Below, in pieces: positions 29,781 through 43,567 of a stretch of 64,000 nt of DNA. Origin of the DNA: an uncultured Gemmatimonadales bacterium. GTDB lineage: Bacteria; Gemmatimonadota; Gemmatimonadetes; Longimicrobiales; Gaopeijiaceae. Position 1 is the stretch's first letter. Each line of letters opens with the position of its first letter. The stretch covers positions 1,888,001-1,952,000 of the forward strand of contig CAWELD010000003.1 of assembly GCA_963809895.1 (NCBI GenBank), read 5' to 3'. The notes under the pieces were generated by a model. The model had not been told where the DNA came from and did no database searches. It worked only from the letters and a program-made list of their open reading frames with translations. Position numbers and translations under genes: made by a program.

Positions 29781-32522
29781 TCACTCCGCGCGCAACGTCT
29801 CCACGGGGTCCTCGCGGGCGGCGCGCCAGGCGGGCACGAGGGTGGCGGCGGCCGCCACCGCGAGGAGGAGCGCGACGGCTCCGCCCAGGGCGGCGGGGTC
29901 GCCGATCCGGACCCCGGGTACGACGGTGGATACCAGCCGGGCCACCACCAGCGCGCCCGCCATCCCCAGGAACAGGCCCAGCAGTGGGGCCACCATGCCC
30001 TGGCGCAGGATGAGCGCGAGGACCCTGCCGCGGGTGGCCCCCAGCGCTCGCCGCACGCCGATCTCGCGGATGCGGCGTCGGACGGCGTAGGCCGTGACAC
30101 CGTACACACCCACGGCCCCGAGCAGGAGCGCCAGCAGACCCAGCGCGCCGCTCACCCACGCCGCGATGCGCTGAGGAGCCAGGTACAGAGCCAGCTCCTG
30201 GGACAGCGGAGCGAGGGGTTCCACCGGAAGATTGGGATCGAGATCATGGATGATTCCGGCCACACGCGCTCGCACGTCCTCTTCGCCACGTCCGGGCTCG
30301 GGACGCACGAACAGCAGCATGTGGGCGTAGTACCACTGAGCCAGGGGCAGGTAATACGCGTTGGGGGTCGCCTCGAACATGCTCTGGTAGCGGGCGTCTT
30401 CCACGACGCCCACCACGGTGAGGTCCCTGCCCTCCTCCAGCGAGCCCAGATGGAAGGTCCGGCCCACGGCGTCGCCCTGGGGCCAGAGGCGACGGGCCAT
30501 GGTCTCGTTCACCAGCGCCACGGGCGTCGAGCCCTCCACGTCGGCGGCTCCGAAGTCCCGGCCCGTCACCAGGGCGAGATCCAGCGCCGCCAGGTAGCCG
30601 GGAGTGATGCGCAGGGTTCGGGCGTCGAAGCCGTACCGGCCCGCGGGGGGGTCCACGCCCTCGACGTTCACCTCGCCGAAGGACGAGCTCGAGGCCAACG
30701 GGAGCTTGTGGGCCAGCCCCGCCGCGGCCACGCCGGGTGCGCTGGCCAGCCGCGCGGTGAGCTCACGGAAGAAGGTCGCGCCCTCTTCTTCGGAGGTGCC
30801 GGTGAGCTCCAGGTCCAGGTCGGCGGTCCACACGCCCTCGGCCCGCCACCCGGGATCCACCTCGCGCATGGCCGCGAGCGTGCGCAGGAAGAGGCCCGCG
30901 GTGACCAGGAGGACCAGCGACAGCGCCATCTGGCCGGCGACGAGTGCGCTCCGTCCGCGGGTCCGGGTGCGCCCGCTGCCGGCGTCGCCCCGGATGGCCG
31001 CGATGACGTCGATGCGCGCAGCGCCCAGCGCCGGCGCCAGGTTGAACACGACCGCCGAGCCCAGCGCCGCCACGAAGGCGAATCCCAGGACTCGCCAGTC
31101 GAGGCCCATATCCAGGGCGAGCTCGAAGCCGGGTGGCAGGGGCGGCTGGAAGGCGAGGAGGAGCCGCCCGACCCACATGGCGAGCGCCAGGGCCAGACCG
31201 CCGGCCGCTGCCGCCAATACGAGGGACTCCGTGAGGAGCTGACGCACGATGCGCTGCCGACCCGCGCCCAGGGCGGCGCGCACGGCGATCTCATCGGCCC
31301 GCTCCACCGAACGGGACAGCACCATCCCCGCCACGTTCGTGCACGCCATGGCCAGCACCAGGCAGACCAGGAAGAGCATGGCCGACAGGAAAGCGGCCAC
31401 GTAGCCCCGAGCCATCGCGGGCACGGGGCCCCAGGGATCCACCTGGATGCGGTAGCGCGCCGGGGCCGAGCCCAACTCCGCCGCCAGCGTGGCACTCCCC
31501 ATGGCGCTCAGCTCTTCCGCAGCCGCCTCCGCCGAAGCACCCGGCCGTAGATGCGCGAGAACCTCCACGTCCCCCGCTCGCGCGGTGGAGAGGGATTCGG
31601 GGGAGTGGAGCCCCGGCACGGGCAATCCCAGGGGCACGAACACGTCCACCGGCGAAATGGCGTGACCCCGGAAGCCGTCGCCGGCAACGCCCACGACCGT
31701 CACCGGCACGCCGTTGAGCACCAGCGTGGCCCCGGGGATGGTGGCATCGGGGAGCCGGATCTCACGCAGCCGCTGGCTGATCACCACGACAGGCCGCACC
31801 GAAGGAAAGGTGGCCTCGTCGGCGTCGAAGAGCCGGCCTACCGACGCGTGCACGCCCAACACGTCGAAGTAGCTGGCCGTGACGCCCAGGGCCGCCCGCA
31901 CTTCGGGATGATCCGCTCCGCCCACGGCCAGCGGCGCCCAGTCCACGGCAGCCACCTCGTCCAGCGTGCGGCTGCCGCCGGCCATGGCCTGGACCAGTGG
32001 GTAGGACACGTCCACGAGCTCACCGTCATGATCGCGGGCGATCTCGACGATGCCGTCGGCGGAGGGCACGCCGGGCACGCGTTTGAAGAGCACGCTGTTC
32101 ATGATGGAGAAGACGGCGGTGGTGGCGCCGATGCCCACGGTGAGCGTGAGGAGCGCCACCAGCGTGAAGCCAGGACGGCGCAGGAAGCTGCGAACGGCGA
32201 AGCGAAGATCCTGGAGAAGCGCGTCCATGGGGTGCGCCCGGTGGGAGGGATGGGGGGAGCCGGCCACGGGGGCGGTCGCGGCTCGGGGAGCACGGGAGCG
32301 GCGACGCCGCACGCGCCGCACCAGGGCCGGCCACACGGAGGTGAGCACCTGGCTTCGGTACCAGCGGCGGGCCGCGGCGCGACCGTCGCGCGTCACGCGC
32401 TCGCGGAACTCTTCATCGAGATCGCCGAGCATGTAGGGGCGATCCTCGGGCGGTGCGGCCGCCGCCAGCAGGGCGCGCCACGTCCGGGGAGGCGCCGGGT
32501 CGCGTGGTCCGCGGGGGCTCAC
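29781..32522 (-). CDS. Duplicated orphan ABC permease (ADOP/MacB-FtsX type)
   Basis: QDLRFAVRSFLRRPGFT, ACTNVAG...EIAVRAALGAGR, REIGVRRALGA, DPVETLRAE; GTGA-coupled to padR. Confidence 0.9.
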   Translation of the reverse strand: MSPRGPRDPAPPRTWRALLAAAAPPEDRPYMLGDLDEEFRERVTRDGRAAARRWYRSQVLTSVWPALVRRVRRRRSRAPRAATAPVAGSPHPSHRAHPMDALLQDLRFAVRSFLRRPGFTLVALLTLTVGIGATTAVFSIMNSVLFKRVPGVPSADGIVEIARDHDGELVDVSYPLVQAMAGGSRTLDEVAAVDWAPLAVGGADHPEVRAALGVTASYFDVLGVHASVGRLFDADEATFPSVRPVVVISQRLREIRLPDATIPGATLVLNGVPVTVVGVAGDGFRGHAISPVDVFVPLGLPVPGLHSPESLSTARAGDVEVLAHLRPGASAEAAAEELSAMGSATLAAELGSAPARYRIQVDPWGPVPAMARGYVAAFLSAMLFLVCLVLAMACTNVAGMVLSRSVERADEIAVRAALGAGRQRIVRQLLTESLVLAAAAGGLALALAMWVGRLLLAFQPPLPPGFELALDMGLDWRVLGFAFVAALGSAVVFNLAPALGAARIDVIAAIRGDAGSGRTRTRGRSALVAGQMALSLVLLVTAGLFLRTLAAMREVDPGWRAEGVWTADLDLELTGTSEEEGATFFRELTARLASAPGVAAAGLAHKLPLASSSSFGEVNVEGVDPPAGRYGFDARTLRITPGYLAALDLALVTGRDFGAADVEGSTPVALVNETMARRLWPQGDAVGRTFHLGSLEEGRDLTVVGVVEDARYQSMFEATPNAYYLPLAQWYYAHMLLFVRPEPGRGEEDVRARVAGIIHDLDPNLPVEPLAPLSQELALYLAPQRIAAWVSGALGLLALLLGAVGVYGVTAYAVRRRIREIGVRRALGATRGRVLALILRQGMVAPLLGLFLGMAGALVVARLVSTVVPGVRIGDPAALGGAVALLLAVAAAATLVPAWRAAREDPVETLRAE

Positions 32523-32854
32523 GCCTCACCTCCGGCCAGCGGCACTCCCTCCATCATGCGCGACAGCATGGAGGTGGAGGTCCGGAGCGCTTCCCTGCCC
32601 GCCTCGGTCAGCGTGTAGACCTTGCGCGAACGTCCACCGCGCACCGGTAACGGGTCGGTGATCTCGTGCTCCAGCAGGCCCCGGTCCTCCAGCCGTCCCA
32701 GCGTGGCGTAGACGGCGCCGATGGATACCGGGCGCCCGGCCCGTTCCTCGATCTCCCGCCGTATCGATGCGCCGTAGGCCTCGGCCTCGGGACGCGCGAT
32801 GGCCAGCATCACGAACAGCTCGAACTCCGCCAGGTACTCCGTCGATGGTGTCAT
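32519..32854 (-). CDS. PadR-family transcriptional regulator
   Basis: AYGASIRREIEER...SIGAVYATLGRLEDRG...RKVYTLTEAGR. Confidence 0.92.
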   Translation of the reverse strand: MTPSTEYLAEFELFVMLAIARPEAEAYGASIRREIEERAGRPVSIGAVYATLGRLEDRGLLEHEITDPLPVRGGRSRKVYTLTEAGREALRTSTSMLSRMMEGVPLAGGEA

Positions 32855-32985
32855 ATCCCCTACGACGGAATACATATCGGTGGAGTTTCAAGCGGGCATG
32901 GGCTTGGGTACGGCGGCGCCCGACCCGACGTCAAGCAAACTCTTGTTTCCCGCGCACCTGGGCCGCTGCCGCACAACTCGTTACC

Positions 32986-33630
32986 GTGTTCGTCGTGGAT
33001 ACGCTCACGGTACGGGGACTGACCCGGCGCTTCGGCGCCCTGGTGGTCCTGGACGGAATCAGCTTCTCGGTGGCGCCGGGCCACGCCCTGGCGCTGCTGG
33101 GACCCAACGGGGCCGGCAAGACCACCCTGCTCCGGTGCGTCATCGGCGCCGATCGGCCCGAAGCCGGCGAGATCTTCCTGGAAGGTCGGCGGCTGGACGA
33201 GACGGATCCGAGGGTGCGCGCCGGCGTGGCCGCGGCGCTGGACGACATGGAGTTCTTTCCCGATCTGTCCGTACGGGAGCACCTGGAGCTCCTGGCCTTC
33301 GCCCACGGCGAGGAGGGGAGCGGGAATCGCGAGACCGCGGCCGTGGCCGTAGTGATGACCGAGCTGGGTCTGGACCCCGCCGGCGATCAGCTCCCCGCCA
33401 CGCTCTCCAGCGGACAACGCCGCCGACTGGCGCTGGCCTCGTGCTTCGTGCGGCCCCGCCGCCTCCTGGTGCTGGACGAGCCCGAGCAGCGGCTCGACGT
33501 GCGCGGGCGGGACTGGCTCGCCCGCCGCCTCCTGCAGGAGAAGGCCGACGGAACGGCCATTCTCATGGCGTCGCACGACCCGGAGCTGGTGGAGCGGGTG
33601 GCCGACGAGCGCTTCGAGATCGGGGGATGA
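32986..33630 (+). CDS. ABC transporter ATP-binding protein
   Basis: Walker A GPNGAGKTT, signature LSSGQRRR, Walker B LVLDEP, H-loop ASHD. Confidence 0.92.
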   Translation: MFVVDTLTVRGLTRRFGALVVLDGISFSVAPGHALALLGPNGAGKTTLLRCVIGADRPEAGEIFLEGRRLDETDPRVRAGVAAALDDMEFFPDLSVREHLELLAFAHGEEGSGNRETAAVAVVMTELGLDPAGDQLPATLSSGQRRRLALASCFVRPRRLLVLDEPEQRLDVRGRDWLARRLLQEKADGTAILMASHDPELVERVADERFEIGG

Positions 33631-33764
33631 CTCGGCTGGCCGAGAGCCCGGGGATCCGGCGCGCGCCGCCGAGCGAGGGAGGGTCTCCTGAAGGATCGCC
33701 GAGCGAAGGATCGCCGAGGGCGGGCGCGCCTCCTGAGGGATCGCCGAGGGCGGGCGCGCCGTGA
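33627..33764 (+). CDS. Possible 45-aa repeat peptide bridging two ABC genes
   Basis: ATGA overlap with the upstream stop and GTGA overlap with the downstream start; encodes EGSP(RAGAP) repeats. Confidence 0.3.
   Translation: MTRLAESPGIRRAPPSEGGSPEGSPSEGSPRAGAPPEGSPRAGAP
33693..33760. repeat. Short tandem repeat (23-bp core, 30-bp period)
   Basis: GGATCGCCGAGGGCGGGCGCGCC at 33708-33730 and 33738-33760, with a partial copy at 33693. Confidence 0.8.
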
Positions 33765-35173
33765 GCGAAGCCGCTCTGCCCGGGGTGCCGTCTCCGTGGG
33801 CCTGGCGCCGCCGCCTGCGCCGCGCCCGCCGCAAACACCACGGCCGCCCCTGGGGCGAGGTCTTCACGGACCTGTACATGCTCCTCTGGCTGGTGGCCGT
33901 CTACGGCACCGCGCTGGTGTCGGTCATCCGCCGGCACGTCGCGGCGGCCGCATCGGCGCCGGCCGGGCCCGCCGAGCAGTGGTGGATCGGCATCGCCCTC
34001 CTGCTGGCCGGGGCGGGCCTCGCCTGGCGTGGCCTGCAGGCGGTGGGCCCCCTCATGGCGACGCCGGCCGAGCAGAGCTGGGGCGTCTCGACGCCGCTCG
34101 ATCGGCGGGGGCTGCTGCTGACACGCTTCGTGGCCTTCGTCCTGGGCGGTGCGGCCGTGGGAGCCGTGTTCGCCTTCATCGTGGCGTTCCTGGCGCTGCA
34201 CGGCCCGGCGCCGCTCCGGGTCGCGCTGGCCGGCGGCCTGTGGGGGGCGGCGCTGGTCGCCCTGTGCGTCGTGGCCCAGAGCACGGACGCCGGCCGCGCC
34301 GGGCGGGGCTGGCCTCGGATGCTCGGTGTCCTGACGCTCACCGCCGCCATCGTCCTGGTGGCTGCGGTGGTGGGTGCCGACTCGGTGGGCCTGCAGCTGA
34401 CCCGGCCCGAGCGTGCCTGGGCCGGAGGGATGTCGCTGGCGGGAATCCCCCTGGCCCTGGGCGGCCTGGTCGCGGCGTTCCGGATGCTGCCCCGGCTCGA
34501 CCTGGCGGCGTTGAGCGCGGGCACGCAGGTGGCGGCCGCGACCCTCACCGCCACGGTGTGGCTGGATCCTTCGGTGCTCACGGGCATCATGGAGGTGCGT
34601 CGCTGGCGGCGGGTGGGCCGCGTGCGCAGCCGGCACTTCCGGCCTCTCGGGGGACGCGTGGGCGTCCTGCTCCAGGCCGAGCTGCGGCGGCAGATGCGAC
34701 GCCCCGGCGCCCTGGCCGTGTGGGCGGTGCTGGCGCTGACCCAGTACGCCGTGGCCGTGGTGGCGCCGGCCCTGGCCGTGGTGTCCCGCGTCCTGCTGGC
34801 GTACGGGGCGGCGGGCCGGCTGGCGGCGGGACTCCGCATCCTGGACGGCTCGCCGGGGCTCCGCCGCTCGCTGGGCGGCAACGAGCTCCAGCTCCGCCTG
34901 ACCCACGTGGTGCTACCGGCGCTGGGCACGGCGCTGTGGTGGGTGCTCACCGGTCCCACCGCCGGACGGCCGCCGGGCGTCCTGGACGCCGTCCTGGTGG
35001 CCGGCATCGTCGGCGCCGCCTACCGGGGCGCCACCCGCCCGCCGCTCTCCTACGGGGGCGCCGCCATGGAGACGCCGTTCGGCCTCTTCCCGGTGGAGAT
35101 GGTGCAGCAGATGGCCCGCGGTCCCGACCTGCTGGCCGCCATCGTCCTCATCGCATGGCTCGCCGGGGGGTAG
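33761..35173 (+). CDS. Multi-pass membrane protein, probable ABC permease (DUF6297-like)
   Basis: Many hydrophobic helices; GPLMATPAEQSWGVSTPLDR and ETPFGLFP...GPDL; downstream of the ABC ATPase. Confidence 0.7.
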   Translation: MSEAALPGVPSPWAWRRRLRRARRKHHGRPWGEVFTDLYMLLWLVAVYGTALVSVIRRHVAAAASAPAGPAEQWWIGIALLLAGAGLAWRGLQAVGPLMATPAEQSWGVSTPLDRRGLLLTRFVAFVLGGAAVGAVFAFIVAFLALHGPAPLRVALAGGLWGAALVALCVVAQSTDAGRAGRGWPRMLGVLTLTAAIVLVAAVVGADSVGLQLTRPERAWAGGMSLAGIPLALGGLVAAFRMLPRLDLAALSAGTQVAAATLTATVWLDPSVLTGIMEVRRWRRVGRVRSRHFRPLGGRVGVLLQAELRRQMRRPGALAVWAVLALTQYAVAVVAPALAVVSRVLLAYGAAGRLAAGLRILDGSPGLRRSLGGNELQLRLTHVVLPALGTALWWVLTGPTAGRPPGVLDAVLVAGIVGAAYRGATRPPLSYGGAAMETPFGLFPVEMVQQMARGPDLLAAIVLIAWLAGG

Positions 35174-35574
35174 CGGGAGTTCGGGGGATCGCGGGCCTGG
35201 GGGCGGCGGGATCGCGGGCCGCGGGCACCGGGTGGTTCGCGGGCTGCGCGATCGGGCCTCGGGGGATCGCGGGGTTGGGGGATCGCGGGCCGCGGGCGCG
35301 GGGCCGCGGGCGGCGGGGCGCCGGGGCGCCGGGCGGCCTCCGGCCCAGCGTGACAGGCCACCGTGGGCGGGGGCGGGGGCGGGGGCGGCCTCGAAGCGCC
35401 CCCGTGGATGCCGTCAAACCGACAATCGGAGGCTATCCGGACGGCCGGCATCGGTTTGACCGGACTATTTGGGGTGAAGTCTTCACGCGCGGGCCGGGGG
35501 GGCGACGCGTGCGGCCGCGCCGGCACATAATGCCGTCAGACCTACGAGTTCGGGTTAACACACCGGTCCTTGCT

Positions 35575-35656
35575 GGGTTGACGGCACGCGCCGCGCCGGG
35601 CCGGCCGCGCGGGTTGACGGCACGCGCCGCGCCGGGCCGGCCGCGCGGGTTGACGG
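35575..35656. repeat. 36-bp tandem repeat (2 copies + partial)
   Basis: GGGTTGACGGCACGCGCCGCGCCGGGCCGGCCGCGC at 35575-35610 and 35611-35646, then GGGTTGACGG. Confidence 0.85.
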
Positions 35657-35897
35657 GTTGAGGCCGGCCGCGCGGGTCGGCGCCACCGCCGCACGCGCCG
35701 GGCCGGCGCCGCGGCTCGGCGCGGGTCGACGCACGGGCGGCACGGGCTGGCGGGTCCACGACCCGGGCGCGCGAGCCCACAGGGAACGCCACCGACCCGG
35801 GCGATCCGGCCCGGGCCGGCTCCCGACGCCCGCCCATCGCCCGCGTCCCCCTTCCCTCCCGGCCCCTGCAGGCATTACCGTGAGGCTACAACTCGAA

Positions 35898-35963
35898 TGG
35901 GGCGATTTGCGGCGTATTGCGGCCCGCCCGGTGACTGGACTCGCCGGGCAAACGTGCTAAAAA
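35898..35963 (+). promoter_or_regulatory. SAM-II-type riboswitch with an inserted hairpin
   Basis: GGG-C-GATTT-GCGGCGTA-TTGC-GG-CCC...AAACGT-GCTAAAAA matches the SAM-II core (GAUUU...UUGC...GCUAAA). It lies ~55 nt upstream of the metH ORF. Confidence 0.8.
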
Positions 35964-36018
35964 GCCACGGCCTTGGCGCGTCGCTCCCGCCCGAGGCCTT
36001 TGCTGTGGAGGGTTCTCC

Positions 36019-40049
<4,031 letters not shown>

Positions 40050-40053
<4 letters not shown>

Positions 40054-41936
40054 GCCCGGGCCGGCCTCCGGAGCCTGCCGCGCTCCCCTCGCTGCGCGCC
40101 ATGCTCGAGGACGGGCGTCTGCACGTGGTGGACGGCGCCATGGGCACGCTCCTCTACAGCCGCGGCGTCTTCGTCAACGTGTGCTACGACGCCCTCGTCC
40201 TGGAGGAGCCCGAGATGGTGCGGGGGATCCACGAGGAGTACGTGGCGGCGGGCGCCGAGATCCTGGAGACCAACACCTTCGGCGCCAATCCCGTGAAGCT
40301 GTCGTCCTTCGGGCTGGACCAGCGCACCGAGGAAATCAACCTGGCGGCGGCGCGACTCGCAGCCGAGGCCGCCGCCGGCCGCGCCCGGGTGCTGGGCGCC
40401 GTGGGTCCGCTGGGCGTTCGCATCGAGCCCTGGGGTCCCACTTCGGTGCACGAGGCTCGCCAGCACTTCCTGCGTCAGATGCGCGCGCTGGTGGACGGGG
40501 GCGTGGACGGCCTGCTGCTGGAGACCTTCGCCGACGTGCACGAGATGGAGGTGGCGCTGGCGGCGGCCCGTGACGCGGCCCAGGGCCGACCCGTCTTCGC
40601 CCAGATGACCGTCGGCGAGGACGGGCGCACGCCCTACGGCACCTCCGGCGTCGAGGCGCTGGAGAGGCTCGCCGGCCTGGGCGCGGACGCGGTGGGACTC
40701 AACTGCTCGGTGGGCCCCGCCGAGCTGCTGGACGTGCTGGAGGAGGCCGCCGACGTGGTGGCGGTCCCGCTGGTGGCACAGCCGAACGCCGGCCTTCCCC
40801 GCACCATCCGCGACCGCAAGATGTACATGGCGAGCCCCGAGTACATGGCCCGCTACGCGCGGCGCTTCGTGGATGCGGGCATCCGTTTCGTCGGGGGATG
40901 CTGCGGCACGACCCCGGAGCACATCGCCCACGTGCACCGGGTGGTGCAGGGACTGCAGCCGCGGCACTCCCACGTGCAGGTGCAGGAGCGGCGGGAGCGC
41001 GCCGGCGAGCCCGGTACCGAGCCGCTTCCGCTGGCGGAGCGCTCGGCGCTGGGACGGGCGCTGGCCGAAGGCCGCTTCGCCGCCACCGTGGAGCTGGCCC
41101 CGCCCCGCGGATGGGACGCCACCGCCATGGTGGCCGCGGCGCGCAAGGCCGGCGCCCGGGGGGTGACCGCCGTCTCGGTGCTGGACGCCCCCCGCGGCCG
41201 GAGCCGCATGGCGGCGCTGCCCGCCGCCACCCTGATCCTGGCCGAGGGCGTGGAGCCGGTCATGCACTACACCTGCCGCGACCGCAACATGATGGGCATG
41301 CTCTCGGACCTGCTGGGCGCCGCCGCCGCCGGCGTGCGCAACCTCCTGCTGGTGAGCGGCGATCCCCCGGTGCAGGGCCCCTACCCCGACGCCACCGCGG
41401 TCTTCGACATCGACAGCATCGGCCTCACCAACGTGGTGGCGGGCCTGAACCGAGGCCTCGATCCCGGCGGCACCGGCATCGGCGGCCCCACGCCCTTCGT
41501 CATCGGTGTGGCGCTGAACCCCGGCGCGGTGGATCGGGAGCGGGAGCTGTCCCGCTTTCGCTGGAAGGTGGAGGCCGGCGCCGACTTCGCCGTCACCCAG
41601 CCGGTCTTCGACGTGGACGTGCTGGCGCGCTTCCTGGACGACGCCCGTCCCCACGAGGTCCCGGTGCTGGTGGGGCTGTGGCCCTTCACCTCGGTGCGGA
41701 ACGCCGAGTACCTGGCCCACGAAGTGCCGGGTGTGACGGTGCCGGATGCGGTGATGCAGCGCATGCACGACGCCGAGACCCGGGGGCCCGGCGCCGTGCG
41801 CGCCGAGGGCGTCGCGCTGGCCCGGGAGGTGCTGGCCCGGGTGCGCCAGGTGCCCGGCGTGGCCGGCGTCTACGTCAACTCGCCCGACGGCGACATGGAC
41901 ACGGCGCTGGCGGTGCTGGACGACGCGCTCCCGTGA
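40050..41936 (+). CDS. yitJ: Bifunctional homocysteine S-methyltransferase / 5,10-methylene-THF reductase (YitJ-like)
   Basis: GTG overlaps the metH stop. [23 protein letters not shown], followed by MTHFR motifs HYTCRDRN and [15 protein letters not shown]. Confidence 0.92.
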
Positions 41937-42781
41937 GCGCCGCCTCGCTGCTCGAGGCACTGGAGGGCTCCGAGCCGGTGGTGACGGTGGAGCTCAGGCC
42001 GCCCCGCACCGGGCTGGGGGCGGCCGCCAGCATGGACGCGTGGATCGACCTGAACCACGCCGTGCGCCGCTTCACCGCCGCGGGCCGCTTCGTCTTCCTC
42101 ACCGACGACGCCGTGGGCCAGCGCGAAGAAGAGAACCTGGGGCACCTGCAGGCGAACCTGGCCGAGGCGGCGGATCCGTCGCGGGTCATCCCCTTCCTGA
42201 CCTGCAAGCACGCGCTGGACTACTGCCTGCTCTACGCCGAGCGGGCCAGCTCCATGGGGCTCCGCACCCTGGTGGTGCTCGGGGGAGACCGGGACGCCGG
42301 CCCGCCCCGCTGCCTGCCCCACGCCTACCTGCTCCGGGGGCGAATCCGCCAGCGCGTACCGGCGCTCACCCTGGGGGGATGGGCCAACCCGCACGCGGAT
42401 CCGGCGGAGCAGGCGCGCTACCTCGCCGAGGGCGACTTCCATGCCGGCTTCTACCTGACGCAGGTGGTGTCGCACCATTCGGCGCGCCGCCTGGCGGCGC
42501 TCACCGAGGCGTGCGCGGCCCGGGGCTGCAGCCTGCCGGGCATCGCCGGCGTCTTCCACTACCGGAGCGCCAATCCCCGGACGCTGGAACGGTTGGGAGA
42601 CTTCTTCCCGGTGCCGGCGGCGGCGCTCACGCGGGAGTTCGAGGCCGGCGCGCGCCCGGAGGAGATCACCGCGCGGAGCATCCGGGCCGCGCTGGACGCC
42701 GGCGCCCGGGGCGTCTACGTGAGCAACCTGGGGCTCCGGCGGCCGGAGCGGAGGCTGGAGGAGATCCTGGCCCTCGTGTGA
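41933..42781 (+). CDS. Divergent methylenetetrahydrofolate-reductase-like protein
   Basis: GTG overlaps the previous stop; VTVELRPP, FLTDDAVG, PFLTCKH, LVVLGGD, WANPH, FYLTQ (MTHFR barrel pattern). Confidence 0.7.
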   Translation: MSAASLLEALEGSEPVVTVELRPPRTGLGAAASMDAWIDLNHAVRRFTAAGRFVFLTDDAVGQREEENLGHLQANLAEAADPSRVIPFLTCKHALDYCLLYAERASSMGLRTLVVLGGDRDAGPPRCLPHAYLLRGRIRQRVPALTLGGWANPHADPAEQARYLAEGDFHAGFYLTQVVSHHSARRLAALTEACAARGCSLPGIAGVFHYRSANPRTLERLGDFFPVPAAALTREFEAGARPEEITARSIRAALDAGARGVYVSNLGLRRPERRLEEILALV

Positions 42782-42835
42782 CGGACCGGCGCGAGTCCTC
42801 CGGCGCCCGACGAGCCCGCCCGGAATCCCCCGAAC

Positions 42836-43567
42836 TCAGATGCGGTTCAGGATGAAGTCCGGCGTGAAGCGGGCCAGGTAGCTGGACAGGATCGTGAAGC
42901 TCCCCGTCACCAGCAGAATCCCCAGGAACACCAGGAGCACGCCCGACGCCCGCTCCAGCGTCGGCACCCAGCGCCGGAAGCGGCGGAACGCCCCCAGGAA
43001 GCGCTCCAGCGCCAGCCCCGCCAGCAGGAACGGCACGGCCAGGCCCACCGAGTAGGCGAAGAGGAGGCCCATGCCCTGCCAGATGGTGTCGGAGGTCCCG
43101 GCCAGCGTCAGGATCGCGCCGAGCACCGGGCCGATGCACGGGGTCCAGCCCGCGCCGAAGGCCGCGCCCACGGCCAGCGTGCCCAGGTGGCCCGCGGGCT
43201 TGTCGGCGAGCTGGACGCGACGCTCGCGCATGAGGGCGCCGATGCGGAACACGCCCATGAGATGGAGCCCCAGCACGATGATGAGCACGCCCCCGATGCG
43301 GGCGATCCAGTCCTCGTAGAGGTTGAAGAACTGGCCCAGGAACGACGCCGTGGCGCCGAGGATCATGAAGACCCCGGTGAAGCCCGCCACGAACAGCGCC
43401 GAATGCACCATCACCGCGCGGCGGTCGACGGCGCCGTCCTGCAGATCGTCCAGCGTCATCCCTGTCACGAAGGACAGGTAGCTGGGCACCAGCGGCAGCA
43501 CGCAGGGCGACAGAAAGGAAAGAAGCCCTGCGGTCAGGGCGATGGTCACACCCAGGGACTCGGTCAC
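42836..43567 (-). CDS. ccdA: Cytochrome c biogenesis protein CcdA
   Basis: AGLLSFLSPCVLPLVP and GWTPCIGPVL; multi-TM. Confidence 0.93.
   Translation of the reverse strand: MTESLGVTIALTAGLLSFLSPCVLPLVPSYLSFVTGMTLDDLQDGAVDRRAVMVHSALFVAGFTGVFMILGATASFLGQFFNLYEDWIARIGGVLIIVLGLHLMGVFRIGALMRERRVQLADKPAGHLGTLAVGAAFGAGWTPCIGPVLGAILTLAGTSDTIWQGMGLLFAYSVGLAVPFLLAGLALERFLGAFRRFRRWVPTLERASGVLLVFLGILLVTGSFTILSSYLARFTPDFILNRI

Noticed and set aside
15699..31550. Very long antisense ORFs (e.g. 15699..19547 +, 27132..31550 +; likewise 43636..46779 + and 37069..39924 -)
   Set aside because: Shadow frames of real genes caused by high GC and strong codon bias; they carry no recognisable domains.
35408..35542. 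ATGCCGTCA motifs as Neisseria-type DNA uptake sequences
   Set aside because: They do not match GCCGTCTGAA and are confined to one intergenic region rather than dispersed.
35575..35660. 36-bp repeats as a CRISPR array
   Set aside because: The copies are directly adjacent with no spacers, and no cas genes are in the window.
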